Assembly (NCBI RefSeq): GCF_004010195.1
Contig: NC_057718.1
Span: 89,399,655 to 89,419,654, forward strand
From: Chiloscyllium plagiosum
Taxonomy: Eukaryota
DNA length: 20,000 nt
Direction of reading: 5' to 3'
Below the pieces are notes generated by a model that saw nothing but the letters and a program-made list of their open reading frames with translations, had not been told where the DNA came from and ran no database searches. Positions 1 through 10,575 of this stretch are shown here, piece by piece. Both the position numbers and the translations under genes were made by a program. Position 1 is the stretch's first letter. Every line of letters starts with the position of its first letter.

Positions 1-1330
1 TTAGTACTTAAGGCAAAATCCTATAGTGTTGGGAAGATTGATCAGCATAGGGAGGGAACTGGCTGACTAATAGCAAGGTAGATAGACTGGGCAGGTAGGT
101 TGGTTATATCGGTAGTAGATAAGTCATTTTTAGGATAGCAAGCTGTAACTTGTATCTGTTGCAGGGAACAGTGCTAGGGCCTCAACTATTTACAATTTGT
201 ATTCATGACTTGGATGAAGAGACAAACGGTACTGTAGCCAAATTTACTGATGAGACCAAAGATCAGTAAGAAAGCACAGTGAGAGGTCACTGCACATGAT
301 CTGCAAAGGGACATAGGCAGGCTAAGTTGAGTGGATGAAAAAAGACAGCAGACGGAATTTAATGTGGGAAAGTGTGAAGTCATCCACTGTGGCAGGCCAA
401 ACTGAAAAGCAGATTATTATTTAAATAGAACAAAACCGTAGAATACCCTGGTACAAAGGGACCTGGTGTCATTCTCCATGGGTCCGATCAGGCAAGTACT
501 GGAAGGAATTAAGAAAGCAACCTGAACGTTACCCTTTATTGCAAGCAGTTGGAGTATAAAAGTAGGGAAGTCTTGATGCAACTATACAGGGTACAATCGA
601 GCTGAAAATGTGTTGCTGGAAAAGCGCAGCAGGTCAGGCAGCATCCAAGGAGCAGGAGAATCGATGTTTCGGGCATGAGCCCTTCTTCAAGAAACGTCGA
701 TTCTCCTGCTCCTTGGATGCTGCCTGACCTGCTGCACTTTTCCAGCAACACATTTTCAGCTCTGATCTCCAGCATCTGCAGTCCTCACTTCCTCCTCGGG
801 TACAATCGAGACCTCACTTAGAGCAGAGTGTACAATTTTTGATCACCTTACTTAAGGAGTTAACATTCACTTGGCCAATTCATAGGGTGAGAGGTTTGTC
901 TTATCAAAAGCAATTGAGCAGGTTGGGCCTAGGTTGGGCAATGGGCCTCATTGGAGTCTACAAGAATGAGGAGCTTCTTATTCAAATACGTAAGATCCTG
1001 AGGGAGCTTGTCAGGGAGCTGGGACAATATTTCCTCACGAGGGGAATTCTAGAATGAGGGGACACAGTTTCAAAAGAAGGGATTACCCATTTAAGACAGA
1101 GTGAGAAGGAATTTCTTCTTTCTGAAGGTTGTTACTGTCTAGAATGTTCTGCCCAGCGAGCGGTGGAGGCCAGTGGATCATTGAAAGTATTTAAGGTTGA
1201 AGTGGTCAGGTTTTTAATTGACAAGAAAGTGAGAAGTTAATGATGAACTTAAGAGCAGTGATGATCTCATTGACTGGTGTAGCAGGGCTGAATGACCCAC
1301 TCGTGCTCCTGTTCCTTATATTCTTCTGTA
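1..1330 (+). mobile_element. Degenerate CR1-clade LINE (ORF2 RT region to 3' tail), interrupted at 602-797
   Basis: From about 159 it reads LQGTVLGPQLFTICIHDLDEETNGTVAKFTDETK, a decayed PQGSVLGP...FADDTK RT motif. CR1-type tail gggctgaatgacccactcgtgctcctgttccttatattctt at about 1285-1325. Multiple stops and frameshifts. Confidence 0.88.
602..797. mobile_element. Penelope-like fold-back insertion (family 1) with decayed hammerhead core
   Basis: Inverted arms of about 70 bp (about 600-670 and 691-761). 13-bp TSD gggtacaatcgag at 589-601 and 798-810. Confidence 0.75.
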
Positions 1331-1469
1331 AGTTGTTCAGACATTATGCAAATCCAACATTTCTGTCCTAGCTCAAAAGTGATTTCATCACACCTCAATT
1401 AAATAAAATCTAGGCATGCAAGGAAAGTGAATCTCCATTGTCTGTTCATCTTTGAGCTTGAATCAATAC

Positions 1470-1643
1470 CTGACAATCATTGAGCTGTTCATCCATGTCC
1501 ATCTGCTCCTTGGGAACCTTCAGTGTTGCATCCAGAATGGCCTTTGTAATTAGAAGCCAATTGTCCAGTTCATCAGCCTCACTGCGATACACTTGGAGAG
1601 CTTGCTCCTGACGCTGTTGCTCTTCCTGTTCATTCAGCCTCTC
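1470..1643 (-). CDS. SYNE1: Nesprin-1 exon I (58 aa, ERLNEQEEQQRQEQALQVYRSEADELDNWLLITKAILDATLKVPKEQMDMDEQLNDCQ)
   Basis: Acceptor ...tttcttttag|GAG and donor CAG|gtattg; 174 nt, phase 0-0. Contains the spectrin-repeat helix-A Trp (ELDNWL). Confidence 0.95.
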
Positions 1644-1884
1644 CTAAAAGAAATAAAAAATCAAAACCGTGCATTTATACACAACCATGTGCTTATACAC
1701 AACGGTCACTGCTCAAGATGCGGCCCACTCGATATTAAGGACCCCTTTTCTGATCACCTCTAGTCAGCTCACAATTGGGCCTACAAGTGTGTCATCTTAA
1801 TTCTCCAACGTACCCTCGACGCTCCATCCTTTGTCTGCCGCATGACAACCTTCTAACCACAACACCGAGGTAAACTTTTGGCAA

Positions 1885-2250
1885 AGGCTGTGGTATAGTG
1901 GTAATGTCACCCGGTCAGTAACACAGACGTCCAGGCTAAACTTCTCAGGAGCACAGATTCACACCCTCCGCCAACACGACAGCCGGTGGAATTTAGGTTT
2001 AACAAATAAAATCTGCAATGGATGGTGAGTCAGAGTAATGGCGACCATGAAACTGCCAACAGTTGTTGTAAAAAGCCATCTTGATTCATTAAGTATCAGC
2101 AGAAAGGAAATCTGCCATCCTTCCCTGGGCTGGCCTACGTGTGACTCCAGACCCAGACCAGTGCTCTCTGAAATGGCCAAGCAAGCCACTTAATTCCAGG
2201 ACAATTTGGGATCGGCAACAAATGCTTTACATCCTGTCAAGAATAAATTT
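1885..2250 (+). mobile_element. tRNA-derived elasmobranch SINE (family 'ggaatttgaattc', name uncertain)
   Basis: A-box-like gtggtatagtggtaatg head; body ggaaatctgccatccttccctgggctggcctacgtgtgactccagacccag shared with copies at 9878, 16150 and 16720. Confidence 0.7.
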
Positions 2251-2346
2251 TTACAAAATTTTCTATTTCTAATGATGCTGACCTTTACTTCTTTAAGTCT
2301 CTGTTACCAGGAAAGCGTGTGGGGAGTGCTTTCAGGGTCTACAAAC

Positions 2347-2541
2347 CTCAAGAAGTTGCTTCTTTCCCAATGCTTTCATCTTGATGGTGGCCATGCGCTC
2401 TGCGAGCACGGTTAGCGTGGACTGCATAGCCAGCTGGTCAGACGTATCTGTGTCCATAGTGTCAGACACTAGCTCTTCGGCAAAACAGATCTGCAGTTCG
2501 TTGATCTCATCCTGGAGTGTCACAATCTCTTCCATCAGCGC
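2347..2541 (-). CDS. SYNE1: Nesprin-1 exon H (65 aa, ALMEEIVTLQDEINELQICFAEELVSDTMDTDTSDQLAMQSTLTVLAERMATIKMKALGKKQLLE)
   Basis: Acceptor ...tgttcccag|GCG and donor GAG|gtttgt; 195 nt, phase 0-0. QSTLTVLAERM motif matches nesprin-1. Confidence 0.95.
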
Positions 2542-2758
2542 CTGGGAACAGACAGAGCCACAAATATCCTTAAGCCAAATCCGACCAAGATTCAAAGTTC
2601 AATGGACACTGATAAAAGAGTGTGCAGAGTCCGACTGGTCCCACAGGCTCCCTCTGAAAGCAGCACATGCCTGTACATCAGGGAGATAAATGCCTGGACA
2701 GCAAAGTCCATCAATAGCAGTAATGAGTGAATCAGGCACAGCTACACACACGCCATAC

Positions 2759-2920
2759 CTGGTGAGCAGCCACCTGGACATCATGGCTCTGGCTAGCATC
2801 GAGCGCCTCCCCCAGCTTCCCTTCGATCGACTCCATCTTGGCCGAGACAGACTGCACGGAATCCTGATATTTCTGCTGTCGTTCAAGGGCCTCATAAAGA
2901 GTCCGCTGCTTTTCACTGAT
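2759..2920 (-). CDS. SYNE1: Nesprin-1 exon G (54 aa, ISEKQRTLYEALERQQKYQDSVQSVSAKMESIEGKLGEALDASQSHDVQVAAHQ)
   Basis: Acceptor ...cccgctacag|ATC and donor CAG|gtatgg; 162 nt, phase 0-0. ISEKQRTLYEALERQQKYQDS matches nesprin-1. Translated by hand. Confidence 0.95.
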
Positions 2921-3083
2921 CTGTAGCGGGAAGGGTTAGAGGGCAAATATTTACACAGCAAATACTGGGAGATAGCAGGTTATCATGCAACTTTGTTAAT
3001 AGACCTTCCTTCAGATCCCATGTGATCAGAGCAACCTTCCCAGAAACCATGGACAGGGAGGAAAATAATATCAGTCTCTCCGA

Positions 3084-3515
3084 CACACAGACAAATGAAG
3101 ACTCATGCACATGCAGACACTCACACATGCACACGTGCACAGACACACACGTGCAGACATGCAAAGACACGCAGGCACATGCATATATGTGAAGACACGC
3201 GTTTACATGCACAGGCACACACATGTACAGACATGCAGAACACACACATTACATGCAGACACAGACACACACATACATGTACAGATGCACACACGCAGAC
3301 ATGCACAGACACGCACAGGCAGACATGCACAGACGCAGATACACGCATTACATGCAGACACGCAAACACGCGCATACATACACACACATGTAGACATGCA
3401 CAAACACACACACAGTGGTGCACAGACACACACACAGACATGCACAGACCCACACATGCAGACACACATACATGCACAGACACAGGCAGTTACACGCACA
3501 CATGGGCACACACAC
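3084..3515. repeat. Degenerate (CA)n/CATG/CAGA simple repeat
   Basis: Cryptic CA-rich repeat; explains the spurious H/T- and C/V-rich ORFs in several frames. Confidence 0.95.
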
Positions 3516-3639
3516 ATTTCCTCTTTTGTCTTCATGCCATAACAACAATTTTCCCCGTCCAATCACTCCCTCCTCCTACAGTAACACCATTGTTCTGCCT
3601 TTCCTCCAGTGTTCCTCATGCTCAGGAAGCAACGCTGCT

Positions 3640-3905
3640 GGATGGTGTTGTGGTGATAGTGTCACTGACCTGGTCATCCTGAGGCTCACATCTCACAGCA
3701 GCTGATGGGATTTACATTCTGTTAGTTATTGGGAATGAAGTGATCATCTCAGTGACGATGACCAAACCTCACGTGGTTTACCAATGCTCTTTTGGGAAGA
3801 CAATCGCACTTTTGTTTGGTCTGGCTCACATGTGACTCCAGACCTGCCTGCACTACCGTTAACTTGGTCTTAATATCCTCCTAAAATGGCATAGCAAACC
3901 ACGCT
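3640..3905 (+). mobile_element. Old degraded copy of the tRNA-derived SINE family
   Basis: gtggtgatagtgtcactgacctgg head and ggtctggctcacatgtgactccagacc core, matching 1885-2250. Confidence 0.6.
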
Positions 3906-3959
3906 GTTGTACCGAAGCACTGCAAATGTCTTTCTAGTCGCATTCACCTTTCTATGTGC

Positions 3960-4625
3960 AGACATCAGGCTGATATACCAGTTTGGGGGAGTGCCACATT
4001 GTCAAAGGTATTGCAGTTCAGTCGAGACATTAAACCAAAGTCCCTCTGCCTGCTCCATTTTCGTTCTTTCACGGGAGGTGGGCCAGTGTTTGTGCCCATC
4101 CCTTACTACCCTTGTGGAGGGGCTGTGAAGCCAGTTCCTTGAGTGGTTGCCATGGTTTCATTTCCATGGTGTGTAGCTGCTTAAGCCTTTTCAGGGGACA
4201 GTGAAGAGTCAATCACATATTTATCAGTCAGTAAGGGTGGCAGATTTCCTTCCCAAAGAGCATCAGTGAATCTGTTAGCCAACAACTGAAGATAGTTTCA
4301 ACACACCATCATCGTTTCAATTCTAACTGAACCTCTAAAAGGTAATTCAATTTAAATTCCACCAGCGACTGTGGATTTTGAACCCATCCTCCATTTATTT
4401 AGGCCTCTGGATTACAAACACACTAAACTACCATTGCCCTGAATGTAAAAGAGCCCATGGGATTAGTTAAAGAAGAACAGTGGTGTTCTCCCCAGTGATC
4501 TACGCAACATCACTGAAACACATTAGCTGGCCATTCACCTCATATGAAATTTGGATTCCAACATTAAAATAGGGACTACACTTCAAACGTACTTCATAAA
4601 TAACGTATGAGTGGCACTTGGGACA
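3960..4625 (+). mobile_element. Deu-domain SINE (SacSINE1/AmnSINE1-like) remnant, split by a minus-strand SINE at about 4150-4437
   Basis: gggagtgccacattgtcaaaggt...gagacattaaaccaaagtccc (3985-4050), then gtaaaagagcccatgg...gaagaacagtggtgttctcccc...gactacacttcaaacgtacttcat (4445-4600), resembling the remembered Deu-SINE consensus. Confidence 0.6.
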
Positions 4626-4630
4626 CTAGA

Positions 4631-5014
4631 AGAATTAGAACAAGAATCCCTACCATGTAGAAACAGGCCCTTTGGTCCAAAAGTCCACACTGAACCTCCA
4701 AACAGTAACCACCCAGACCCACCCCCCATCCTGACTAATGTGCCTAACCTACGCATCCCTGGACACTACGGACAATTTAGCACGGCCAATTCACCTAACC
4801 TACACATACCTGAACACTATGGGCAACTTAGCATGGCCAATTCACCTGACCTGCAGATCTCTGGACTGTGGGAGGAAACCAGACCACCCACAGGAAACCC
4901 ACGCAGAACCCTGAGAACATGCAAACTCCACAATCAGTCACCTGAGGCTGGAATTGAACCCGGGTCCCTGGCGCTGTGAGGCAGCAGTGCTAACCACTGA
5001 GCCACCGTGCCGCC
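4631..5014 (-). mobile_element. HE1-type SINE, full length, with internal ~50-bp tandem duplication
   Basis: Minus-strand head GGCGGCACGGTGGCTCAGTGGTTAGCACTGCTGCCTCACAGCGCCAGGGACCCGGGTTCAATTCC (Pol III A and B boxes). HER1-like tail. Confidence 0.88.
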
Positions 5015-5132
5015 ACATCTTGGGGCTGTGCAAATTTCAACACATTTTAAATAAAATAAATTGCATTTAATGTTGAAAAATACTACCCTTCATCATCACC
5101 ATTTGTCCAGTTAATAATCCCCCTCACCATAC

Positions 5133-5425
5133 AGAATCATAGAATCCTTACCGTAGGAAAGCAGGCCCTTCGGTCCATCAAGTCTGCACCGACTCTCCGA
5201 AGACCATCTGACCAGACACACACCCCTACCACATCCCTGTAACCCTGCATTTCCCATGGCTAATGCACCTAATCTACACAACCCTGAACACTATGGACAA
5301 GTTTGCAATAGCCAATCCACTCAACCTGCACATCTTTGGACTGTGTGAGGAAACATACCCAGACATAAGTAGAACGTGGAAACTCCACACAAACAGACAG
5401 TCGCCCAAGGCTGGAATCGAAACCT
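5133..5425 (-). mobile_element. HE1-type SINE, 5'-truncated
   Basis: agaatcatagaatcc tail and body homologous to 4631-5014; A-box head missing. Confidence 0.8.
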
Positions 5426-6140
5426 ACGAGAAAATTTCAAAATCCTTCTAACTCTATCATGGAGCTTTCATTACAGCTTCTCCTCTTATGGCAGCCATGT
5501 TAATATGTTCTCTGCAGCACCCATACTATCTGGGCCTGTGTGCCCTTGTGCTCCTGCTGCATTACAGCAAGGCTTCGGGGCTCCAGAGTACTTGGGGGAA
5601 GTATGAATGAGCACTCCCAGATTGGTTGGGTGCAAGAGCTCCAATCGTATAGCACAGATCTAACTGGCTGAGGGGCCTCCTCAGCATGGTTGCCATGGTA
5701 GCCATGCTACACTCCAAGTGCTCAAATCCCACCGTGGTAATTGGAGAATTTGACTTCGGTTTTAAAAAGAATAATAATCTGCTGTCAGTAAAAGTGACCA
5801 TAAAGATATTGGCGGTAGATTCACAACTAGAATGCTGTTACCCTTTAAAGAAGGAAGCCGTTTATCATTACCAGACACAGGCTGGATGCAGCTCTTTCAG
5901 AATTAACAAAACCACTGTCAGTGGTGAAAGAAAGTCTGTTGCCTTCCCGGGGCAACAATAAGTACCTACCCTCACTAACGATGCCCCATCCACAGAACAA
6001 ATACAATTCCGTAACGTTAGCAGGAGCTGACCAGCAGCTTAGGACAAAAGTGGGGGTGCCCAATAGAAACAAGCAAGGAGAAGAACAGAGACAATAAAAA
6101 AAGGAAGATTATTCATCTTCCCCAGAAACCGCCAGCTCAC

Positions 6141-6305
6141 CACATTCTTTAGAGTTTCCCAGGAACGCTGCAGATCATCGAGTTTAGAGGAGGCTGACTC
6201 TCCCAGTGTGGTTTCTAATGGTTCCTGCAGTGATGCTGCGTTGCTCGTATCCTGAGAATCGGGAGCTGCAGTCTGCAATTCGTCCGCACCGTAGTAAGCA
6301 CTATC
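6141..6305 (-). CDS. SYNE1: Nesprin-1 exon F (55 aa, DSAYYGADELQTAAPDSQDTSNAASLQEPLETTLGESASSKLDDLQRSWETLKNV)
   Basis: Acceptor ...ttgattccag|GAT and donor GTG|gtgagc; 165 nt, phase 0-0. C-terminal KLDDLQRSWETLKNV matches nesprin-1; the N-terminal part is divergent. Confidence 0.92.
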
Positions 6306-6768
6306 CTGGAATCAAGAACACTTACAGTTGAGACTCTTGAACATCAGGTGCAGGATCAAATGACGACAAGCTTACAGGGTACAGGGTTAGAAATTTCGGA
6401 TCCAGTGATCGCTCCTGTGTGGGTTGGTTATATTACGTGTAATGTTTGAGCCACAGCATTACAAGCAAACCTGACTTCTCCCCATTCACCCCCTTCCCAT
6501 GCACTTCTCAGGTCTCCAGTAACCATGCAGCCCTCCCACAACATGCATCACACACACAGCACCTCATGCAAGCTGATCCTCACTAACTCCCATGCATCTC
6601 GAGTTACTGACAGGCACTGATGCTGGTGCTCTGATCTCAGCTCAAGGACTCCCACCCTCAAGGATCAAGGAGAGTTTGAAACAATGGAAGGGCTCGCAGG
6701 CTGTTTAACCATTTGCCAGGTCAGCTCACCAATGCTCCTTCCACTAACGTCTCACTAGTTAACTGACT

Positions 6769-6945
6769 TGTCAGCCTGGGGTGGACAGGGTCGGCAGTCT
6801 CACAACATCAAGTTATAGTCAACAGGTTTGTTTGAAATCACAAGCTTTCGGAATGACTTCACCTGAAGAAGGAGCAGCGCTCCAAAAGCTCATGATTTCA
6901 AACAAACCTGTTGGACTATAACCTGGCATCATGTGACTTCTGACT
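6769..6945. mobile_element. Penelope-like fold-back insertion (family 2) with hammerhead-like core
   Basis: Inverted arms about 6797-6852 and 6881-6938. CTGAAGA-A-GGAGC-AGC-GCTCC-AAAA at 6863-6887. Perfect 13-bp TSD tagttaactgact at 6756-6768 and 6946-6958. Confidence 0.75.
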
Positions 6946-7838
6946 TAGTTAACTGACTACCAGTACCTTCTACCCAAAGCCATGATTGGTGCTCGCGATA
7001 ATAATGAAACTGATGCAAACACACTGGGGACAAGGACAAATTTCGGCAGGATGAATTTCGGCAGAGGACCTGCTCTTCTCCTGATGGGAGAGAGGGAGGA
7101 AGCTGGGTGACCAACAAGAATATTCATCCCTGTGCCTCTTTAAGAAGTAACATTATTTCATTATCTTTACTTCCATAGGTCAGTCTCCCCACATCCCTGT
7201 TAATAATTCACCTTGTGTGACCGCTGCATATCAGAACTGGCTCTTTTCGTATAAATTTGACTCCCTCATTCCCCGCAAACATTTGGACAGTTTTGGTAGT
7301 CTGCGGGTGAGAGGGAAACGCTGAAGTATCCCTTGATTTCTGACCTCCAGTCCCCACAACCCTGTACTGAGAGTGCAGAACATTTTTGAAAATGTCTCAA
7401 TTGCAAGCAGTCTATGAGGTCTTGTACGTGATGATCTTGCCGCCACGTTCCTCCTGTTTCACCAATACTACCTTTCGCCCACCTCCATATCATGTTCCTG
7501 CTCAGCGTCACCTCAAGGGATCTTCTGCAGAAATCCTCAACCATGCCGCTGTTCATTAATCCCTGCTCTCACCATCTATTCCACATTCTCACTTTGCACT
7601 ACTCCACTAGATTAGATAGATTAGATTCCCTACAGTGTGGAATCCATAACCTCACTTGTGACAAATTTGACTTTGCCTGCCACCCTTCTGTTTGTTGACT
7701 TGCAGTAACGCGATTGTAAACATACTTCACCATTTTCAAATCCATTCCTTTTCCCGTCTCTTTAATCCCCTCCAGGACCACAACTGTTCGAAATCACTCG
7801 ATTCCGCCAATTCTGGTTTCTTGAGCAGTTCGGAGCCA

Positions 7839-8061
7839 CTGGATGTAAGTTTGTTTGCTGGGCTGGAAGGTTCGTTTTCAGACGTTTCGTCACCATACTA
7901 GGTAACGTCTTCGATTAGAGTCTCCGGCGAAGCTTCACTCAGAGGCTCACTGAAGATGTTATCTAATATGGTGACGAAACGTCTGAAAACGAACCTTCCA
8001 GCTCAGTGAGCAAACCTGCATCCAGAACCTCAATCTGAGCTACAAATCTTCTCAGAACTCG
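7839..8061. mobile_element. Penelope-like fold-back insertion (family 3) with an intact hammerhead core on the + strand
   Basis: Inverted arms 7839-7912 and 7952-8025. CTGAAGA(7950-7956)-T-GTTATC-TAATAT-GGTGAC-GAAA(7976-7979)-CGTC. Confidence 0.75.
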
Positions 8062-8263
8062 TTTGTACTGAGTTACATCATTCCACCATTGGTAGCAATG
8101 TCTTCTGCTGCTTAGGCTATTGTTAGTTGCTGTTAAAAGAGAAGTGGCGGAATTTGACTTGAACACTGATGAGGAGACATTTATTGATGATAGTTGAGTT
8201 TGGAGGTGGATGCTTGTGATGTTTACCTCTGTAAATAAAATACTAGGCTGAGCAAAGATTGGC

Positions 8264-8503
8264 ATCAAAAAGTGTGGTGCTGGAAAAGCACAGTAGGGTC
8301 GGGCAGTATCCCAGGAGCAGGAGAATCGACAGTTTGGGCAGAAGTCCTTCATCAGGAATGGGGGGGGTTCAAGGGGGCTGAGAGATAAATGGGAGGAGGG
8401 CGGGGCTGGGGGAGTAGGTAGCTGGGAAGGTGACTGGCTGTGCTTTTCCAGCGCCTCACCTTTTGACTCTGGTCTCTAGCATCTGCGGCCCTCACTTTCT
8501 CCA
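8264..8503. mobile_element. Penelope-like insertion (family 1) with partial inverted ends
   Basis: Homologous to 602-797. TSD gagcaaagattggc (8250-8263) / gagtaaagattggc (8504-8517). Decayed minus-strand core CTGATGAAGGACTTCTGCCCAAAC. Confidence 0.72.
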
Positions 8504-9444
8504 GAGTAAAGATTGGCTCTGGTTCTAACCTACACCAGTTGCCTGACTGGAAGTGACCATTAAGGTCTGGAATTCTTTTCCTAAGCCTCTCTCCACTTCA
8601 CCCTCCCATCCTCCTTTGCACCAGCTTTTGCCTGAGACATTTACGGAGCTGTGTGTTAAATTTTGTCTCATAAAAGCATTCCTGCGTTTTCCGAGATTTA
8701 AGTTGCTAATTAAATACAACTTGTTGGTTCTGTCAGTGTAGGTTATTTTATTCCCAAGAGTTTAAAAGAAGTTTGGGGTGAGGGGGGCAGTGAAGAAGAG
8801 GAATAACTCTAGCCCATGGTGTATCCTTTGCACAAACTGCTGACCTGGTGCAGGAAGATCCCGGTCTGAAATCTGCTGAAAGGTTTGCATAGGAGCAGCT
8901 TGATGCCAGGCTCGCCATCCAGAAAGCCTCATACATGGTGTCGTTCCTGGGGGACATCAGAATTCCATAGTGGCATTCCGATGATGTCATCCGCTATGGA
9001 ATAGGTTGACACCAGTAACAATCCAGGTCTACATACATTAGGAATAAACCCCTCCCAGCATCGCTGGAGGGTTGATATTTGTGGACAATCTCAAAATCCC
9101 AGAGTAAGGAATTGTAGGGGAGTGGGAAGGATGTTTTGGATCATTCACAAATCAGAAACAGATAGGCCAGATTGGACAGCAAAAAAGAAATTATTCGAAT
9201 TATGGAAATGTGAGTACTAGTGTAAATGGAAATGAAGGGAACTATTGACGAATGGTTGGTGGCAGAGACCAGATAGGAACAAAGTTTGCCAAGGGGAATG
9301 TGAGGGAGGAGCACAGACAGAAGCCTAAAGATTTAGATACTTTCCTGTTCAGAGATGATATTACATACCTCTGGAGAAGATGGGTCTCTAGTCCAGAAGT
9401 AGGGATACTATCACTGCACCACAAGAACTCTGCAGCATGGAGAT

Positions 9445-10575
9445 TTAGAGTTATATAGATGTACAGCACGGAAATAGACCCTTCGGTCCAACTCGCCCAT
9501 GCCAACTAGATATCTGAAATTAATCTAATCCCATTTGCCAGCACTTGGCCCATATCCCTCTGAACCCTTCTTGTTCATATACTCATCCAGATGCCTTTTA
9601 AATGTTGCAATTGTACCAGCCTCCACCATGTCCTCTGGCAGTTCATTCCATACACGCACCACCCTCTGTGTGAAAAAGTTGCCCCTCAGGTCCTTTTTAC
9701 CTTAAACCTAAGCTCTTTAGTTTTGGACTCCCCTACACTGGGGAAAAGACCTTGACTATTCACTCTCTCCATGGCCCTTGTAGAGATATACAGCAAGGAA
9801 ACAGATCCTTCGGTCCGACTCGTACATGCTGACCAGATAAACTATATAAATCTAGCCCCATGTGCCAGCATTTGTGGGGAGTCAATGGCCTAGTGGTATT
9901 ATTGCTGGACTGTACATCCAGAGACCCAGATAATGTTCCCAGGGTGGGGACTTGATTCCCACTATGGCAGATAATGGAATTTGAATTCAATAAATACAGC
10001 TGAAATTAAGAAGTCTAATGATGACCGTGAATCCATTGACAACTGTCAGTAAACCTGGCTGGTTTACTAATGCCCTTTAGGGAAGGAAACTGCCATCCTT
10101 ACCTGGTCGGACCTACATGTGACTCCAGACCCACAGCAATGGGGTTGACTCTCAACTGCCCTCTGGGCAATAAATACTGACCCAGCCAATGACACCCTCA
10201 TCCTGAGAATGAATAAAGAAAAAAACGTGGCCTATATCCCTCCAAACCCTTCCTATTCCTATACCCATCAGGTGCTTTCTAAATGCCGTAATTGTATCAG
10301 CCTCCAGCATTTCCTCTGGCAGCTCATTCCACACACACACCACCCTCTGCGTGAAAATGTTTCCCCTTAGGTCCCTTTTAAATCTTTCCCCACTCACCCT
10401 AAACCTATGCCCTCTAGTTCTGGACCCCCACCCCACCCCAGGGAAAGACCTTGACTATTCACACTATCTATTTATGATTATGATTTTATAAATGTCTATA
10501 AGGTCACCCCTCAGCCTCCGACACTCCAGAGAAAACAGCCCCAGCCTAGTCAAAGCCTTTCCCTATAGCTCAGTG
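9445..10575 (-). mobile_element. Two HER1/CR1 LINE 3' fragments (about 9445-9780; about 9781-9877 plus 10226-10575)
   Basis: Tails agagttatatagatgtacagcacggaaatagacccttcggtccaac. The minus-strand ORF 10152-10436 (RTRGHRFRV...DLRGNIFTQRVVCVWNELPEE) is the CR1 ORF2 C-terminus. Confidence 0.88.
9878..10225 (+). mobile_element. tRNA-derived SINE inserted into the HER1 fragment
   Basis: Head ggagtcaatggcctagtggtattattgctggact, conserved core, and A-rich tail gaataaagaaaaaaa. The LINE resumes on both sides. Confidence 0.8.

Larger units (their letters stand above)
7230..8740 (+). mobile_element. Highly decayed L2-clade LINE 3' region, fragmented by later insertions
   Basis: Pieces such as ctctttaatcccctccaggaccacaac...ccaattctggtttcttgagca (7758-7828), ccaccattggtagcaatgtcttctgctgcttagg (8082-8116) and aaggtctggaattcttttcctaagcctctc (8562-8592) resemble the L2 ORF2 end and 3'UTR. 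Confidence 0.5.

Noticed and set aside
602..797. Long hairpins (also 6797-6938 and 7839-8025) as pre-miRNA genes or classical MITEs
   Set aside because: Arms are multi-copy repeat sequence, asymmetric, mostly with 13-14 bp TSDs and hammerhead cores. This fits Penelope-like retro-insertions better; no miRNA evidence.
1666..1703. Imperfect 18-bp tandem duplication near the exon I branch region
   Set aside because: Only two degenerate copies and no evidence of function.
2381..2926. Plus-strand ORFs overlapping exons G and H
   Set aside because: Antisense shadows of the SYNE1 coding exons.
3095..3705. Several 100-195 aa His/Thr- or Cys/Val-rich ORFs
   Set aside because: Translations of the CA-rich simple repeat in multiple frames; not genes.
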